Source of the DNA: Candidatus Marinacidobacterales bacterium
GTDB taxonomy: Bacteria > Acidobacteriota > Vicinamibacteria > Marinacidobacterales > DATDRI01
Length of the DNA: 64,000 bases
Assembly: GCA_965226495.1 (NCBI GenBank)
Contig: OZ245365.1
Coordinates: 5,088,001 to 5,152,000 of the forward strand
Direction of reading: 5' to 3'
Part shown: positions 37,735 through 48,442 of the stretch, piece by piece
How the letters are laid out: each line of letters starts with the position of its first letter
Numbering within the stretch: position 1 is the stretch's first letter
Made by a program: the position numbers and the translations under genes
The notes under the pieces: generated by a model
What the model saw: only the letters and a program-made list of their open reading frames with translations
Database searches by the model: none
What the model was told of the DNA's origin: nothing

Positions 37735-39663
37735 ATGTGCGGCATCGCGGGAATGGTAGGGGATCCAGATCCGGGTCTCCTTGCCGATATGGCCCGCGTC
37801 ATGACGCACCGTGGCCCCGACGACGAGGGGATCTGGCATGACTCGATGGCGGGGTTAGCCTCTCGGCGGTTGAAAGTCATCGACCTTGTGGGTGGGCACC
37901 AACCGATCAGCAACGAGGACGGAAGTTGCTGGCTGGTATTCAATGGGGAGATCTACAACCACCGCGACCTGCGCCGTCAACTGGAAGGCAAAGGACACCG
38001 GTTCACGAGCCAGAGCGATAGCGAAGTCATCGTTCACCTTTACGAAGAAGAAGGCGAGTCATGCCTGGAACGCCTGGAGGGAATGTTCGCGTTGGCGATT
38101 TGGGACTGCTCCAAGCGCCAACTACTGCTCGCCCGCGATCCTATCGGCATCAAGCCGCTCTACTACCGTGTAGAGGGCAGCCGACTATGGTTTGCCTCCG
38201 AGGCCAAGGCGCTCCACCTCGATCCGAGCTATCGCAGCGACCTCGATCCGGCGGCCCTCGCCGCCTACCTTTCTCTGTTGTACATCCCGGCTCCACGAAC
38301 CGCCTTCAAAGGCATGAAGAAACTTTGTCCGGGAGAGGCACTCACGTTTCGTAACGGGAATACGCGGCTTCATCGTTACTGGCAACCACCCGTCGTCGAC
38401 CAGTGGATCAGCGATCCTCGAGACGCGGCTGCGAGAGTGATCGAGGCTTTGGAAGAGGCGGTAGCAAAGCATTTGATCAGCGATGTTCCGCTCGGAGTGT
38501 TCCTTTCGAGCGGAATCGACTCATCGAGCATCGTCGCCCTGATGCGCCGCGTCTCCTCAGGAATCATCCGTACCTTCACACTCGATTTCGAGGAAGCGAG
38601 CTTCAGTGAAGCTGATGGGGCTGGTGCGGTGGCGAGACACTTCGGTACCGAGCACCACGTGTTCACCGTGAAGCCGGAGATAGCCACAGTCCTGCCGAAG
38701 TTGGCTTGGCATCTCGATGAACCGCTCGCCGACTCCTCTCTCATCATCACCCATCTTATTTCGAACTTGGCCCGGGAGCAGGTCACCGTCGCGCTTTCCG
38801 GGATCGGGGGCGACGAGCTTTTCATCGGTTACCCTCGCTATCTGGGCATGAGGCTCGGCGCTACCTATGATCGAATTGCCCCCCGCGCCCTCCGCCGCGG
38901 GTTAGGCAAACTCTCCGCCGGCCTGCCGGATTCAACTCGCAGCGACAACCCCACCGGTCGATTACGTCGCTTCTTGGCCAGTGGTCCCCTCGAACCGGAG
39001 GAGCGGTATCTCGATTGGATCTCCTTCCTCAGCGCGAGTGAGCTCCGTGAGCTCGTGCCCGATCTGCCGGGCGGCATCGATCCTTTGGCGAGTCATCGAG
39101 AAAACCTGGCCGCCAACCTCTCCCGCGGCCGTTCGGGACCGGAAGCCGTGGCCGCCGCTAGCCTCCTCGATTTGGCCACTTATCTTCCCGACGATCTACT
39201 GATGCTCGGTGACAAGATGTCGATGGCATCTTCGCTGGAGCTGAGAGTGCCGTTTTGCGATCGACGTCTGGTCGAGACGGTCCTCTCCATCGATCCACAA
39301 CTCCGAAGCAGCCCGGTTCGATTGAAGCCACTCTTGAAGCGCGTCATGCGATCGGTCCTGCCCTCGGAGTTCTTGACACAGCCCAAACGTGGGTTTTCTG
39401 TTCCGCTCGGAAGCTGGCTTCGAGGTCCTCTGGCAGAGCTCACCGCGGACATGCTTTCCGAGAGCCGTTTGCGTCGTCGCGGTCTTCTCGATCCTAAGCC
39501 GGTCGCGTCTTTGTTAGCCGAGCACCGCACCGGAGAGAGAGACCATGCCGATCGGCTCTTCGCGTTCCTCATGCTCGAGCTTTGGATGGAGGCCTATCAA
39601 TCAAATCCTCGGGTGCAGGGGAAAGAATCTCCGTCGTTTGACGACCTTTCTGCAAGGGTGTAG
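37735..39663 (+). CDS. asnB: Asparagine synthase (glutamine-hydrolysing)-family amidotransferase
   Basis: MCGIAG, HRGPD, FNGEIYN, LSSGIDSS, SGIGGDELF.GY, LELRVPF. Confidence 0.95.
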   Translation: MCGIAGMVGDPDPGLLADMARVMTHRGPDDEGIWHDSMAGLASRRLKVIDLVGGHQPISNEDGSCWLVFNGEIYNHRDLRRQLEGKGHRFTSQSDSEVIVHLYEEEGESCLERLEGMFALAIWDCSKRQLLLARDPIGIKPLYYRVEGSRLWFASEAKALHLDPSYRSDLDPAALAAYLSLLYIPAPRTAFKGMKKLCPGEALTFRNGNTRLHRYWQPPVVDQWISDPRDAAARVIEALEEAVAKHLISDVPLGVFLSSGIDSSSIVALMRRVSSGIIRTFTLDFEEASFSEADGAGAVARHFGTEHHVFTVKPEIATVLPKLAWHLDEPLADSSLIITHLISNLAREQVTVALSGIGGDELFIGYPRYLGMRLGATYDRIAPRALRRGLGKLSAGLPDSTRSDNPTGRLRRFLASGPLEPEERYLDWISFLSASELRELVPDLPGGIDPLASHRENLAANLSRGRSGPEAVAAASLLDLATYLPDDLLMLGDKMSMASSLELRVPFCDRRLVETVLSIDPQLRSSPVRLKPLLKRVMRSVLPSEFLTQPKRGFSVPLGSWLRGPLAELTADMLSESRLRRRGLLDPKPVASLLAEHRTGERDHADRLFAFLMLELWMEAYQSNPRVQGKESPSFDDLSARV

Positions 39664-39724
39664 CCTCGAAGGGAAGACCCCAAAGAATTTATCGACTCCA
39701 TTCACGCCATCGAGTCAAGACGGC

Positions 39725-40927
39725 ATGACACTCTTGCATCTGATTACGCGGCTGACCCTCGGTGGTTCGGCTCGTAATACTATTGACTCTACTGCCGCTT
39801 CGGTTCGTGCGGGGTACGACACGATCCTGGCTACCGGCCCCAGCGGTGACGAAGTAAACATCTCTCACTTGGCAGAAGAGACCGGATGCCGGCTCGAGGT
39901 CATCGATTCGCTTCGGCGCGAGATCTCGCCGATGCATGATACTCGAGCGCTATGGGAGACCGTCCGACTCATTCGAGCGAATAAGGTCGCGATCGTACAC
40001 ACCCACACCTCCAAGGCCGGTTTCATTGGCCGGCTAGCCGCGCGGATGGCTGGCGTTCCAGCCATTATTCACACGCCGCACGGACATATCTTCTACGGTT
40101 ACTTTGGGCGAGCACGGACCGCGCTTTTCGTCGCCCTCGAACGATGGGCGGCGACGTTCTCCGATCGCCTGATCACCCTCACTGAGCAAGGAGTTTACGA
40201 GCACCTCGCTCAAGGCATCGGCAAGAGGGAGCAATACGCAGCGATACCCAGCGGAGTCGACACCGAGGCGCTGCGAAGACGAGCACCCGATCGTCAGACC
40301 GCGCGAGAGCGACTGGGATACTTGCCCGAGGAACGAATCGTCGTCGGTGTCGGGCGGCTCGTGCCGATCAAAGGTTTCGACATCGCCGTCCGGGCCCTCC
40401 CGGGATTGCTCGCTCGAGTTCCCACCGCCCAGCTGATATTGGTCGGTGATGGGCCCGAGCGTGCCCGTCTCGAAGAGCTCGCGGTCGCGCTTCGAGTACG
40501 CCATAGGCTAACCATTACGGGAGTCGACGACGACGTCCCTGCGGTTTTGGCGGCTGCCGACATTCTCGTGGCCCCGTCGCGCAACGAAGGAATGGGACGA
40601 GTCCTGGTCGAGGCGATGACGCTCGGAGTGCCGGTGGTCGCGGCCAAGGTCGGGGGCGTGGCGAGTGTCATAGAACCCGGCCGTTCGGGAGAGTTAGTAG
40701 CTCCGGACGACCACGCCGCACTGGCTAGCGCCATCATCTTGCTCCTCAATGACCAGCGCCGCATGGAAGCCTACCGTACAGCCGGCCCCGCCCGTGCAGA
40801 GCAATTCTCCCTTCCGGTCATGGAGCGGAACCTTCTTGCTCTCTACCGACAAGTCGCGTTGGAAAAGGGCTTGTCATTCGAAGCCTACGTTGGCGCGCCA
40901 TCGCCCGTTTTGACGACGCGTCGCTGA
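39725..40927 (+). CDS. Glycosyltransferase family 4
   Basis: ITRL..GG, HTHTSKAG, EGMGRVLVEAM. Confidence 0.92.
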   Translation: MTLLHLITRLTLGGSARNTIDSTAASVRAGYDTILATGPSGDEVNISHLAEETGCRLEVIDSLRREISPMHDTRALWETVRLIRANKVAIVHTHTSKAGFIGRLAARMAGVPAIIHTPHGHIFYGYFGRARTALFVALERWAATFSDRLITLTEQGVYEHLAQGIGKREQYAAIPSGVDTEALRRRAPDRQTARERLGYLPEERIVVGVGRLVPIKGFDIAVRALPGLLARVPTAQLILVGDGPERARLEELAVALRVRHRLTITGVDDDVPAVLAAADILVAPSRNEGMGRVLVEAMTLGVPVVAAKVGGVASVIEPGRSGELVAPDDHAALASAIILLLNDQRRMEAYRTAGPARAEQFSLPVMERNLLALYRQVALEKGLSFEAYVGAPSPVLTTRR

Positions 40928-40960
40928 AAACGTCCGAGCGCCCCGTCTGCTCGTCACACG

Positions 40961-42520
40961 ATGACCGGTAAGCCACCGTCTGTTGTAAGTAACGTCCTTT
41001 GGAACTGGACCAACTATGGGCTCCAGCTTGCGGTCGCTTTCTACATCACCCCGTTGCTCATCGCGCGATTGGGCGACACGCCTTACGGACTCTGGATCCT
41101 CCTGAGCGCGATCCTCGGCTATTACGGACTGCTGAACTTCGGGATCGACTCCGCCCTAGTTCACTACATCGCGAAGTATCTTGCCGAAGGTAAGCGTGAA
41201 GAGATCGGGAAGGTCATTCGTACAAGCCAGCTGGTCTTCGCCATCATTGCCGCCGGCGTCGTACTGCTAAGCTTGGGGGTAGGTGCCGCATTCGCCCATT
41301 CCGATTTCGTCTTCCAGCACGTCTTCCACCTACCCGAGGAACTCCGCCGGCCATTCGCCATCCTCCTTGTAATTCTGAGTGTGGGAGCGGCGGCCTCCTT
41401 CGTCTCCCGTGTCTTCGTCAGCATCTTACGAGCTAAGGAACGGTACGATCTCCTGAACGCCATCCAGATCACAATGTTGATCGGTAGGACCCTGGCCATC
41501 GTCTTCTTGATGGGCGATTCGCTGGTAGCACTAGGAACTATCTTTGCGGTGTCCGGTATTCTCACTGGCATCGCAATGTGGTTAACGGTGAAAATCGTTT
41601 CTCCCATCGGCCTTGAGGATACCGCCTCCGGATTCGATTCCAACACCTTTCGTGCCATCCGAAGGTTTGGCTTCTTCTCCTTCCTCAACTCTTTTGCCGA
41701 TCAGTTTCGTTTCTACACCGATTCTTTGGTGATCGGGCAGTTCATGAAGATTCATTTCATCACCTACTACAACTTGGCCGCGGTCTTCATAACCTACTTC
41801 CGCTACTTCATCGGTCACGCCGCGTCTCCGTTTTTCCCAGTCTTTAGTCGGTATCACGGCAGCGGAGACAAGGAGGCGATGCGACGTACGTTCTTGCGCG
41901 CCTCGAAGATCCTAGCTTTTCTGGCCGTCTTGGCGGCCGGGAATCTCATGGGAAGTGCCTATCCATTTCTAAGACTCTGGGTGGGTCGAGTTCTGGCTCC
42001 CGAGCATGTCCTCTTGAGCTATCGAGTCTTACTGTTGCTACTACTACCGTTCACCATCGAGCTGACGCAGTCCATCGCGGTGAATCTAATTTACGGCGTG
42101 GGACAGCACCACCGGCTGACCACACTGAATGGCCTAGAGGGACTGGCAAACTTGATCTTGAGCATTGTACTCGTGCAGCATTTCGGCTTGCTCGGAGTCG
42201 CCCTAGGAACCGCGATTCCCCTAGTCGTCACACAAATGGTGTTCGTCCCCCGCATCGTGTGTCGTCTAACCGGGCTCGACACGCTGCGCTACGTTGTGCG
42301 GTCCATTGTGATCCCGGTGCTGGGCGGGTTAGCCTTGGGAGTGGTGCAAATCATGGTCTATCGTTCGAGCGGCGCCGAGACCTACTGGATGTTAGGGACG
42401 GTCGCGGTTTCGACGTCCCTGGCCTTCACCATACCTATGCTCTTCCTCTATTTCTCCACGGATGAGCGACTGATGCTCCGAGAAATGTGGGACTCGTGGA
42501 GAGGAGCACCCCAGCGGTAA
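40961..42520 (+). CDS. wzx: Oligosaccharide flippase (Wzx/MOP family)
   Basis: Many TM helices, LG...YGLW, NL.LS..LV...GL.GVALGT. Confidence 0.88.
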   Translation: MTGKPPSVVSNVLWNWTNYGLQLAVAFYITPLLIARLGDTPYGLWILLSAILGYYGLLNFGIDSALVHYIAKYLAEGKREEIGKVIRTSQLVFAIIAAGVVLLSLGVGAAFAHSDFVFQHVFHLPEELRRPFAILLVILSVGAAASFVSRVFVSILRAKERYDLLNAIQITMLIGRTLAIVFLMGDSLVALGTIFAVSGILTGIAMWLTVKIVSPIGLEDTASGFDSNTFRAIRRFGFFSFLNSFADQFRFYTDSLVIGQFMKIHFITYYNLAAVFITYFRYFIGHAASPFFPVFSRYHGSGDKEAMRRTFLRASKILAFLAVLAAGNLMGSAYPFLRLWVGRVLAPEHVLLSYRVLLLLLLPFTIELTQSIAVNLIYGVGQHHRLTTLNGLEGLANLILSIVLVQHFGLLGVALGTAIPLVVTQMVFVPRIVCRLTGLDTLRYVVRSIVIPVLGGLALGVVQIMVYRSSGAETYWMLGTVAVSTSLAFTIPMLFLYFSTDERLMLREMWDSWRGAPQR

Positions 42521-42533
42521 CCCTGCTTTCAGG

Positions 42534-45206
42534 CTAGTGTTTCCAGGACGGTCCCAAGGTAATGTCTACTTTGAGGGGTACAGACAACTCGTAGCAACCC
42601 TCCATCACTTGTCGCACGAGCGCGGAGACTTCTTCCGCCTCTTTTTCGGGCACTTCAAGAACCAGCTCGTCGTGTACCTGTAGCAACAGGCGACTCTCGA
42701 CGCCTTTGCGTTGCAGCTCGCGCCATAAATCGATCATCGCCTTCTTGATGAGGTCCGCTGCGGTGCCTTGGATGGGAGCATTGACGGCAACCCGCTTGGC
42801 CGCCTCGCGAGTAGCTCGATTGCGGCTCCCAATCTCGGGGATGTAGCGATGGCGCCCGAAGATAGTCTTCACTTTCCCGGTCAGCTGTGCGTCTCGAATG
42901 ATTTTATCCAGAAGCTCTCTCACTCTTGGGTAACGATCGAAATAGTTATCGATGAAAACCTGGGCCTCCCGAGTCGGAACGCCGAACTCTTTGCCGAGGG
43001 TGAACGCCGTCTTGCCATAGATGATGCTGAAGTTGATGATCTTCGCTCGCCGCCGCTGCTCGGCTTCGGAAAGTTCGGAGTCCTCTCCGAACACTTGAAG
43101 TGCGGTCTGGGCGTGGATGTCTTCCCCCTTCTGAAAGGCCTCGATCAAATTCGGATCGCCGCTCATGTGTGCAAGCACACGAAGCTCGACCTGCGAGTAA
43201 TCCGCGGAGAGGAGGAGCCAACCCGGCTCCGCCACGAACGCGGTACGGATCCGACGGCCGAGCTCAGTCCGTATGGGAATGTTTTGAAGATTGGGTTCCG
43301 AGCTGGATAACCGCCCGGTCGCGGCAACCGTTTGGTTGAACGTGGTGCAGATGCGCCCGGTCTTAGGGTCGACGAGGGCAGGTAGAGCATCCACGTAGGT
43401 CCCCTTCAACTTGGACAGGCTTCGGTAGTCTAGAATCTTGCGCGGAAGCTCGAAGTGCTCGGCGAGCCCCTCAAGAACTTCCATCTTGGTGGAAGCGGAC
43501 CGTTGCTTTTGCGTTTTTCGGAAGGAAGGGAGGTTCATCTTCTCGAAGAGGATCTCTCCCAGTTGCTTCGGAGAGTTGATGTTAAATTCGACTCCGGCGA
43601 GCTCATAGATCTCCGCGGTGAGCCGGGCGAGCTCGATTCCGATCTCCTCCGACATAGCATTTAGCACGTCCACATCGAGACGGATCCCCGTCTGCTCCAT
43701 ATTCGCCAAAACCTCGATGAGTGGCAGCTCGAGGTCGTTGTACACGATTCCCAGTCCCTCTTCGTCGAGCCGACGCTCCAGTCGTTCCTGGATGCGGAGG
43801 ACGACCTCCGCTCGCTCCGCACTTGGCCTCACTTGGCTTTCCGGAGGCACCGCGCCGACGCCGTCCATGCCCGGAAGCACGCCTTGTTCGGCGGCGTCAT
43901 CCGATTCGGCGAGTGGTCGTTGGAGGATCTCGACGGCTAGTGTTTCCAACTGATGAGCTCGCTTGCCTGGATTCAAGACGTATGAAGCGACCATCGAATC
44001 GAAGCCGATGCCACTGAGGGACACTCCTTTTCTCCCCAACCAGACGCTCGCCGACTTCAAGTCGTGGCCCACCTTTAGGACTCCGCGATCCGACAGAGCC
44101 GGTCCGAGCTCAGCTAGCAGAGAGGACTCCGTAAACTTGCTTTGCGGGCCGCCCACCGTAATAAAAAAGGCCTCGCCCGGCTCGACCGCCAGACCGAGCC
44201 CCAAGAGACGGTCTTCGCCGTCGCCGTTTCCGGTCGCAAGCGAAAGAGCCAGGAGCCCTCGTTTTCTCGCCGATTCCAAGAGGCGTTTGAGCTCGGTGGC
44301 CGTTGCGATCGGAAGGTACGAACCGGGCGGTGCAGATCCCGTCTCCGGAAGATAATCATTCAAGAGCGACGTAAAACCGAGCCTTTCGAAAAGCTCGAAG
44401 GCCGCTTTCCGATCCGCACCTCGGTAGCGAAGCTCCTCGGGCTTCACTGCCAGGGGGACGTTAGTGTCCAACTGCACCAGCTTTTTGGAGAGTCGAGCCT
44501 GCTCTGCGTGCTCGAGCAAAGCCTCCCTTTGCCTCTTGTTAGAAATCCTCTCGGCATTCTCTACCGAGTCTTCCAGCGAACCCCATTCCTTGATTAAAGA
44601 AACCGCACCCTTCATTCCGATGCCCGGCACTCCCGGCACGTTGTCGACGCTATCACCCACCAAACCAAGGACGTCGGTGACCTTCTCCGGCGTCACGCCG
44701 AATTTCTCTACCACTCCGGCCGAATCGTAACGAAACTCCTTGCCAGGATTAATCACGGTGATTCGGTCCGAGACCAACTGCAAGAAATCCTTGTCCGAGG
44801 AAACGATGAAGACTTCGAATCCTTCATCGTCCGCTCGAACAGCGAGAGTGCCGATAACATCGTCGGCTTCGACATCTCCGATCTCCAATATCGGAAGGCC
44901 CAATACGTCGCAGACTTCCCTCGTCAACGGCATTTGCACCGCCAGATCGTCGGGAGTAGGCGGCCGATTCGCCTTGTACTCCGGGTAAAGTCGATGTCGG
45001 AAATTGGTTCCTGCGGCATCGAAGACCACCGCAACGTGCGCCGGAGTTTCCTCCGCCAGGATTTTTCGCAAAACGGTGGCGAAACCGTAGGCGGCGTTGG
45101 TGGGGACCCCCTCGCGATTAGTAAGCCGAGGGATCGCGAAGAACGACCTGTAGACCAGTGAGTTGCCGTCGACCAGCAGGATCTTGGGTTTGCTGCCCTC
45201 GTTCAT
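42534..45206 (-). CDS. polA: DNA polymerase I
   Basis: LLVDGNS..YR.FFA 5' nuclease, TGRLSS.EPNLQNIP, ADYSQVELR, LQVHDEL; start trimmed to MNEGSK. Confidence 0.97.
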   Translation of the reverse strand: MNEGSKPKILLVDGNSLVYRSFFAIPRLTNREGVPTNAAYGFATVLRKILAEETPAHVAVVFDAAGTNFRHRLYPEYKANRPPTPDDLAVQMPLTREVCDVLGLPILEIGDVEADDVIGTLAVRADDEGFEVFIVSSDKDFLQLVSDRITVINPGKEFRYDSAGVVEKFGVTPEKVTDVLGLVGDSVDNVPGVPGIGMKGAVSLIKEWGSLEDSVENAERISNKRQREALLEHAEQARLSKKLVQLDTNVPLAVKPEELRYRGADRKAAFELFERLGFTSLLNDYLPETGSAPPGSYLPIATATELKRLLESARKRGLLALSLATGNGDGEDRLLGLGLAVEPGEAFFITVGGPQSKFTESSLLAELGPALSDRGVLKVGHDLKSASVWLGRKGVSLSGIGFDSMVASYVLNPGKRAHQLETLAVEILQRPLAESDDAAEQGVLPGMDGVGAVPPESQVRPSAERAEVVLRIQERLERRLDEEGLGIVYNDLELPLIEVLANMEQTGIRLDVDVLNAMSEEIGIELARLTAEIYELAGVEFNINSPKQLGEILFEKMNLPSFRKTQKQRSASTKMEVLEGLAEHFELPRKILDYRSLSKLKGTYVDALPALVDPKTGRICTTFNQTVAATGRLSSSEPNLQNIPIRTELGRRIRTAFVAEPGWLLLSADYSQVELRVLAHMSGDPNLIEAFQKGEDIHAQTALQVFGEDSELSEAEQRRRAKIINFSIIYGKTAFTLGKEFGVPTREAQVFIDNYFDRYPRVRELLDKIIRDAQLTGKVKTIFGRHRYIPEIGSRNRATREAAKRVAVNAPIQGTAADLIKKAMIDLWRELQRKGVESRLLLQVHDELVLEVPEKEAEEVSALVRQVMEGCYELSVPLKVDITLGPSWKH

Positions 45207-45273
45207 CGGGGGGCCATTGTATGGGTTATTCCCTTCGCATGGAAGGCGCCTTCGAGATAAGATCGGCAAACAA

Positions 45274-46002
45274 ATGGGAACCTCCGCCGCACTCGTCACG
45301 TCGACGCTACTGATGAGCCTCTCGGCCGGCTGCTCCAAATACGAATACGAAGAGGAAGTCGATTTGAGAATCGACGGCTCTGGTGAGTTTTACATTCACG
45401 CTGCCCAGGATCTCTTCACGTCTCTTCACGGAGTGGGAAGGGCTGACTCTGAAGCCGCGTTTCTCGATGAGCTGCGTGCGTTCTATGATTCCTCGGCATT
45501 CGAAGTCGTCTCGGTTAAGCGTTCCCGACGCGATAGGCGCACGTTCTTCCACGTCCGGGGTCGGTTCGTGGACCTAGCGGAACTGTCGGACCAAGCGGGT
45601 TTCGCCGTTCGCGGCCTCCGCATCGGCCGCGGCGAAGAACTGAGCCTAACGGCCCACGTCGAAGGGAAAGACAAGTGGAAAAACGTCGTGCGACTCCCGG
45701 ACGACGCCCTCGTGGCCTTCCGCTTTCATTTTCCTGGCCCGGTAAGGCATCACAATTCGACGGTCGGCCTCGAACGTGGCAATATCGTTCGATGGGAAAC
45801 GACCGTCTCCGAGCTGCAGCGCGGAGTGCCACTCCGCCTAGAGGCTCGCTTCGACCAGCGGACCGTTTTCTCCATGACGCTCACCTTGCTGGCCGCGGCG
45901 GGGGCTTCGGTGATTCTCGTGATCTCGGCGTTCCTGTACTTTTTGACCCGGTTGGGCCGGCGGCAACTGGCCGAACAGGCGGAGCCCAATAGAACCGGAT
46001 AG
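45274..46002 (+). CDS. Putative lipoprotein with C-terminal TM helix
   Basis: Lipobox LSAGC, beta-rich body, hydrophobic C-terminal helix followed by RLGRR. Confidence 0.7.
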   Translation: MGTSAALVTSTLLMSLSAGCSKYEYEEEVDLRIDGSGEFYIHAAQDLFTSLHGVGRADSEAAFLDELRAFYDSSAFEVVSVKRSRRDRRTFFHVRGRFVDLAELSDQAGFAVRGLRIGRGEELSLTAHVEGKDKWKNVVRLPDDALVAFRFHFPGPVRHHNSTVGLERGNIVRWETTVSELQRGVPLRLEARFDQRTVFSMTLTLLAAAGASVILVISAFLYFLTRLGRRQLAEQAEPNRTG

Positions 46003-46020
46003 AGCCAGGTAAAAAAACCC

Positions 46021-47214
46021 GTGAGTCAATTACCGACCGACTTGATCCAAACCACGCTCTCGGAACGTCAGCTCGACGGCTGGCTCCTCTACGATTTCCA
46101 CGGACAGAATCCCATCTCGAAGAAAGTCGCCCGCTTCCCGGAGGACAGATTCGCAACGCGACGTTGGTTCTACTTCCTTCCTGCGAAAGGCGAGCCGGTT
46201 GGCATCGTGCATGCCATCGAGAGACACCACTTGGATCATTTACCCGGTCGGAAGCTGGTCTACGCGAGTTGGCGAGAAATGAGAGAGCGTTTGTCGGAGG
46301 CGACGGCCGGCGCCACTCGTATCGCGATGGAGTATTCACCAGAATGCAACATTCCCTACGTCTCACGCGTCGATGCGGGAACGGTGGAACTTCTCAAGGG
46401 TCTGGGAAAGGACATCGAGAGCTCGGCCGATCTGGTGTCGATCTTCGAGTCTCGCTTCACGCCCGCCCAGGTCGAGTTCCATCGCGGCGCCGCGCGAGCG
46501 ACGACCGAGGCCAAGGATCGCGCCTTCGCCGAGATCAAACAACGTATCATCGCCGGGGAAAAGGCCAGCGAGTACCAAACTCAACAGTTCATTCTCGAGC
46601 AGTTTGCCGCACTCGGCCTCGTTACTTCCTCGCCGCCTATCGTGGCGGTCGACGAGCACGCCGCCGACCCTCACTATGCACCCCACCCGTCCTCGGATCG
46701 GGAGATCGGGCTGGCAAGTTTCGTGCTCATTGACCTTTGGGCCAAGCTGGATCGAGCGGACGGAATTTACGCCGACTTCACTTGGGTCGGTTACGTCGGG
46801 CCCACCGTGCCGGCTCGGATTCAGGAAGTTTGGGACGTGGTGGCGGGTGCCCGCGACGCCGCCATCAACTTCGTAGTCGGTAACGTGCAGCGGAACGAAA
46901 CCTTTCGCGGCTATCAGGTGGACGACGTGGCGCGGAACTTCATCAACGAACGGGGCTACGGCGAGTACTTCTTCCATCGCACCGGCCATAACATAGGGCT
47001 GGAGGTCCACGGAAACGGGGCCCATATGGACAACTTCGAGACCCGCGACGAACGTGAGGTGCTCCCATTCACCGCCTTTTCAATCGAGCCCGGAGTCTAC
47101 CTCGACGACTTCGGTATCCGCAGCGAGATCAACATGCTCCTCACCGAGGGTAAGGCAGAGGTCACGGGTGAACCCATCCAGCGCGAGGTGCTTTGTCTGA
47201 TCGAGGACGATTAG
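46021..47214 (+). CDS. M24 family (Xaa-Pro) metallopeptidase
   Basis: DPHY, IDLW, YADFT, HRTGH, FSIEPGVY, GIRSE. Confidence 0.92.
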   Translation: MSQLPTDLIQTTLSERQLDGWLLYDFHGQNPISKKVARFPEDRFATRRWFYFLPAKGEPVGIVHAIERHHLDHLPGRKLVYASWREMRERLSEATAGATRIAMEYSPECNIPYVSRVDAGTVELLKGLGKDIESSADLVSIFESRFTPAQVEFHRGAARATTEAKDRAFAEIKQRIIAGEKASEYQTQQFILEQFAALGLVTSSPPIVAVDEHAADPHYAPHPSSDREIGLASFVLIDLWAKLDRADGIYADFTWVGYVGPTVPARIQEVWDVVAGARDAAINFVVGNVQRNETFRGYQVDDVARNFINERGYGEYFFHRTGHNIGLEVHGNGAHMDNFETRDEREVLPFTAFSIEPGVYLDDFGIRSEINMLLTEGKAEVTGEPIQREVLCLIEDD

Positions 47215-48242
47215 CGAGCGGCGTCTCGGTCGTCATCCCTGTTCTGAACGCTGCGCGGACTCTACCGATCCTCTTCGATGCCCTAGATCGACTCGCTCCG
47301 GCACCCCTCGAGATCCTCCTCGTCGACAACGGCTCCACCGACGACGGGCCGACCCTCATGCGCTCTTTTGCCGAGCGAACGGAGCGCGGCGTGAAGATCC
47401 TGGTGGAACCAAAGAGGAGCGCGTCGGCCGCTCGCAACACGGGGATTCGTTCGGCGAAAGGAGAGATCGTTGCCTTCACCGACTCGGACTGCGGTCCCGA
47501 CCCTAGGTGGCTTGCGGGCTTGGCGTCCTCGTTCGGCGATCCTGACGTCGGAGCGGTCGCCGGTCGAGTCGCAGGCGCTCCTGAAACGACGTTACTAGGG
47601 CGCTTCAGCTCTTTGTACACACTCAGACTCCCCGACGAACCGTCCCGACACCGAGAATGGACGCCGCGGTCAGGAGGATTCCCGACCGCTAATTTCTCGG
47701 TGCGGCGCTCGCTCGCCGACAAGCTCGGTGGCTTTGATGAAGACGTGGTCCTTTACGGTGAAGACTACGACTTCTGCGCGCGAATCTACGACCTCGGCGC
47801 CAGCGTCGCCTATCAACCGGAAGCCCTCGTGGTTCACCATCATCGAACGAACCTAGGTGGAATGATGAAACAGGCGTTCGGTTTCGGGCGAGGGCACGCC
47901 TACCTATTTCGAGGTCACGGATCGGGTCTTTGGATCGATCTTCCGGGCCGCGGACTCGACTGGCGGCGGTCCCCGGTGCACGCGTGGCTGGATCTCGCCG
48001 CCGCCGACAAGAAGCTCTTAGCCATCCTGCTTGCGGCGATCGTCTACACACCGCTATGGGGGCTATTTCCGATTTACGCGGTCTACCTGCTCATCTCCAT
48101 CCACCGCCGGGCTCGCGAAGCCGAAAGAGCCGCTCCCATCTGGCAGTCTGCCCAGCTCGCTTGCTTGTTGTTGGCTAAGTCCGCGGCCCTTACCTCGGGG
48201 CGCTGGTGGGGCTCCCTGAAGTACCGAACGCTGTGCCTCTAG
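47193..48242 (+). CDS. Glycosyltransferase family 2 (start uncertain)
   Basis: SVVIP, VDNGSTD, ARN.G, FTDSD, GED.D. Confidence 0.9.
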   Translation: MSDRGRLASGVSVVIPVLNAARTLPILFDALDRLAPAPLEILLVDNGSTDDGPTLMRSFAERTERGVKILVEPKRSASAARNTGIRSAKGEIVAFTDSDCGPDPRWLAGLASSFGDPDVGAVAGRVAGAPETTLLGRFSSLYTLRLPDEPSRHREWTPRSGGFPTANFSVRRSLADKLGGFDEDVVLYGEDYDFCARIYDLGASVAYQPEALVVHHHRTNLGGMMKQAFGFGRGHAYLFRGHGSGLWIDLPGRGLDWRRSPVHAWLDLAAADKKLLAILLAAIVYTPLWGLFPIYAVYLLISIHRRAREAERAAPIWQSAQLACLLLAKSAALTSGRWWGSLKYRTLCL

Positions 48243-48376
48243 CGGCACGCTAGTCCTCAATCCCACACGGGTATGCAGCTTGCATGGAGACTCCACACGG
48301 GGTGTTTTAGCCCACGTGTCAACAGTTAGAGGTGTGGATTTTTAGCACCACTGAGGGGAATGTCCCCCAAGGCAAG

Positions 48377-48405
48377 TTGACAGCGATCCGAGGGACCCGT
48401 AGAAT
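48377..48405 (+). promoter_or_regulatory. Sigma70 promoter of the EPS operon
   Basis: TTGACA-17 nt-TAGAAT, 38 nt upstream of ATG 48443. Confidence 0.75.
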
Positions 48406-48442
48406 CAGGGTATCTCAAGCTAACAACCAGATTACAAAGGAA

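Noticed and set aside
43900-44340. PolA 3'-5' exonuclease domain lacking acidic catalytic residues
   Set aside because: Appears real but is common among bacterial PolA proteins; not novel
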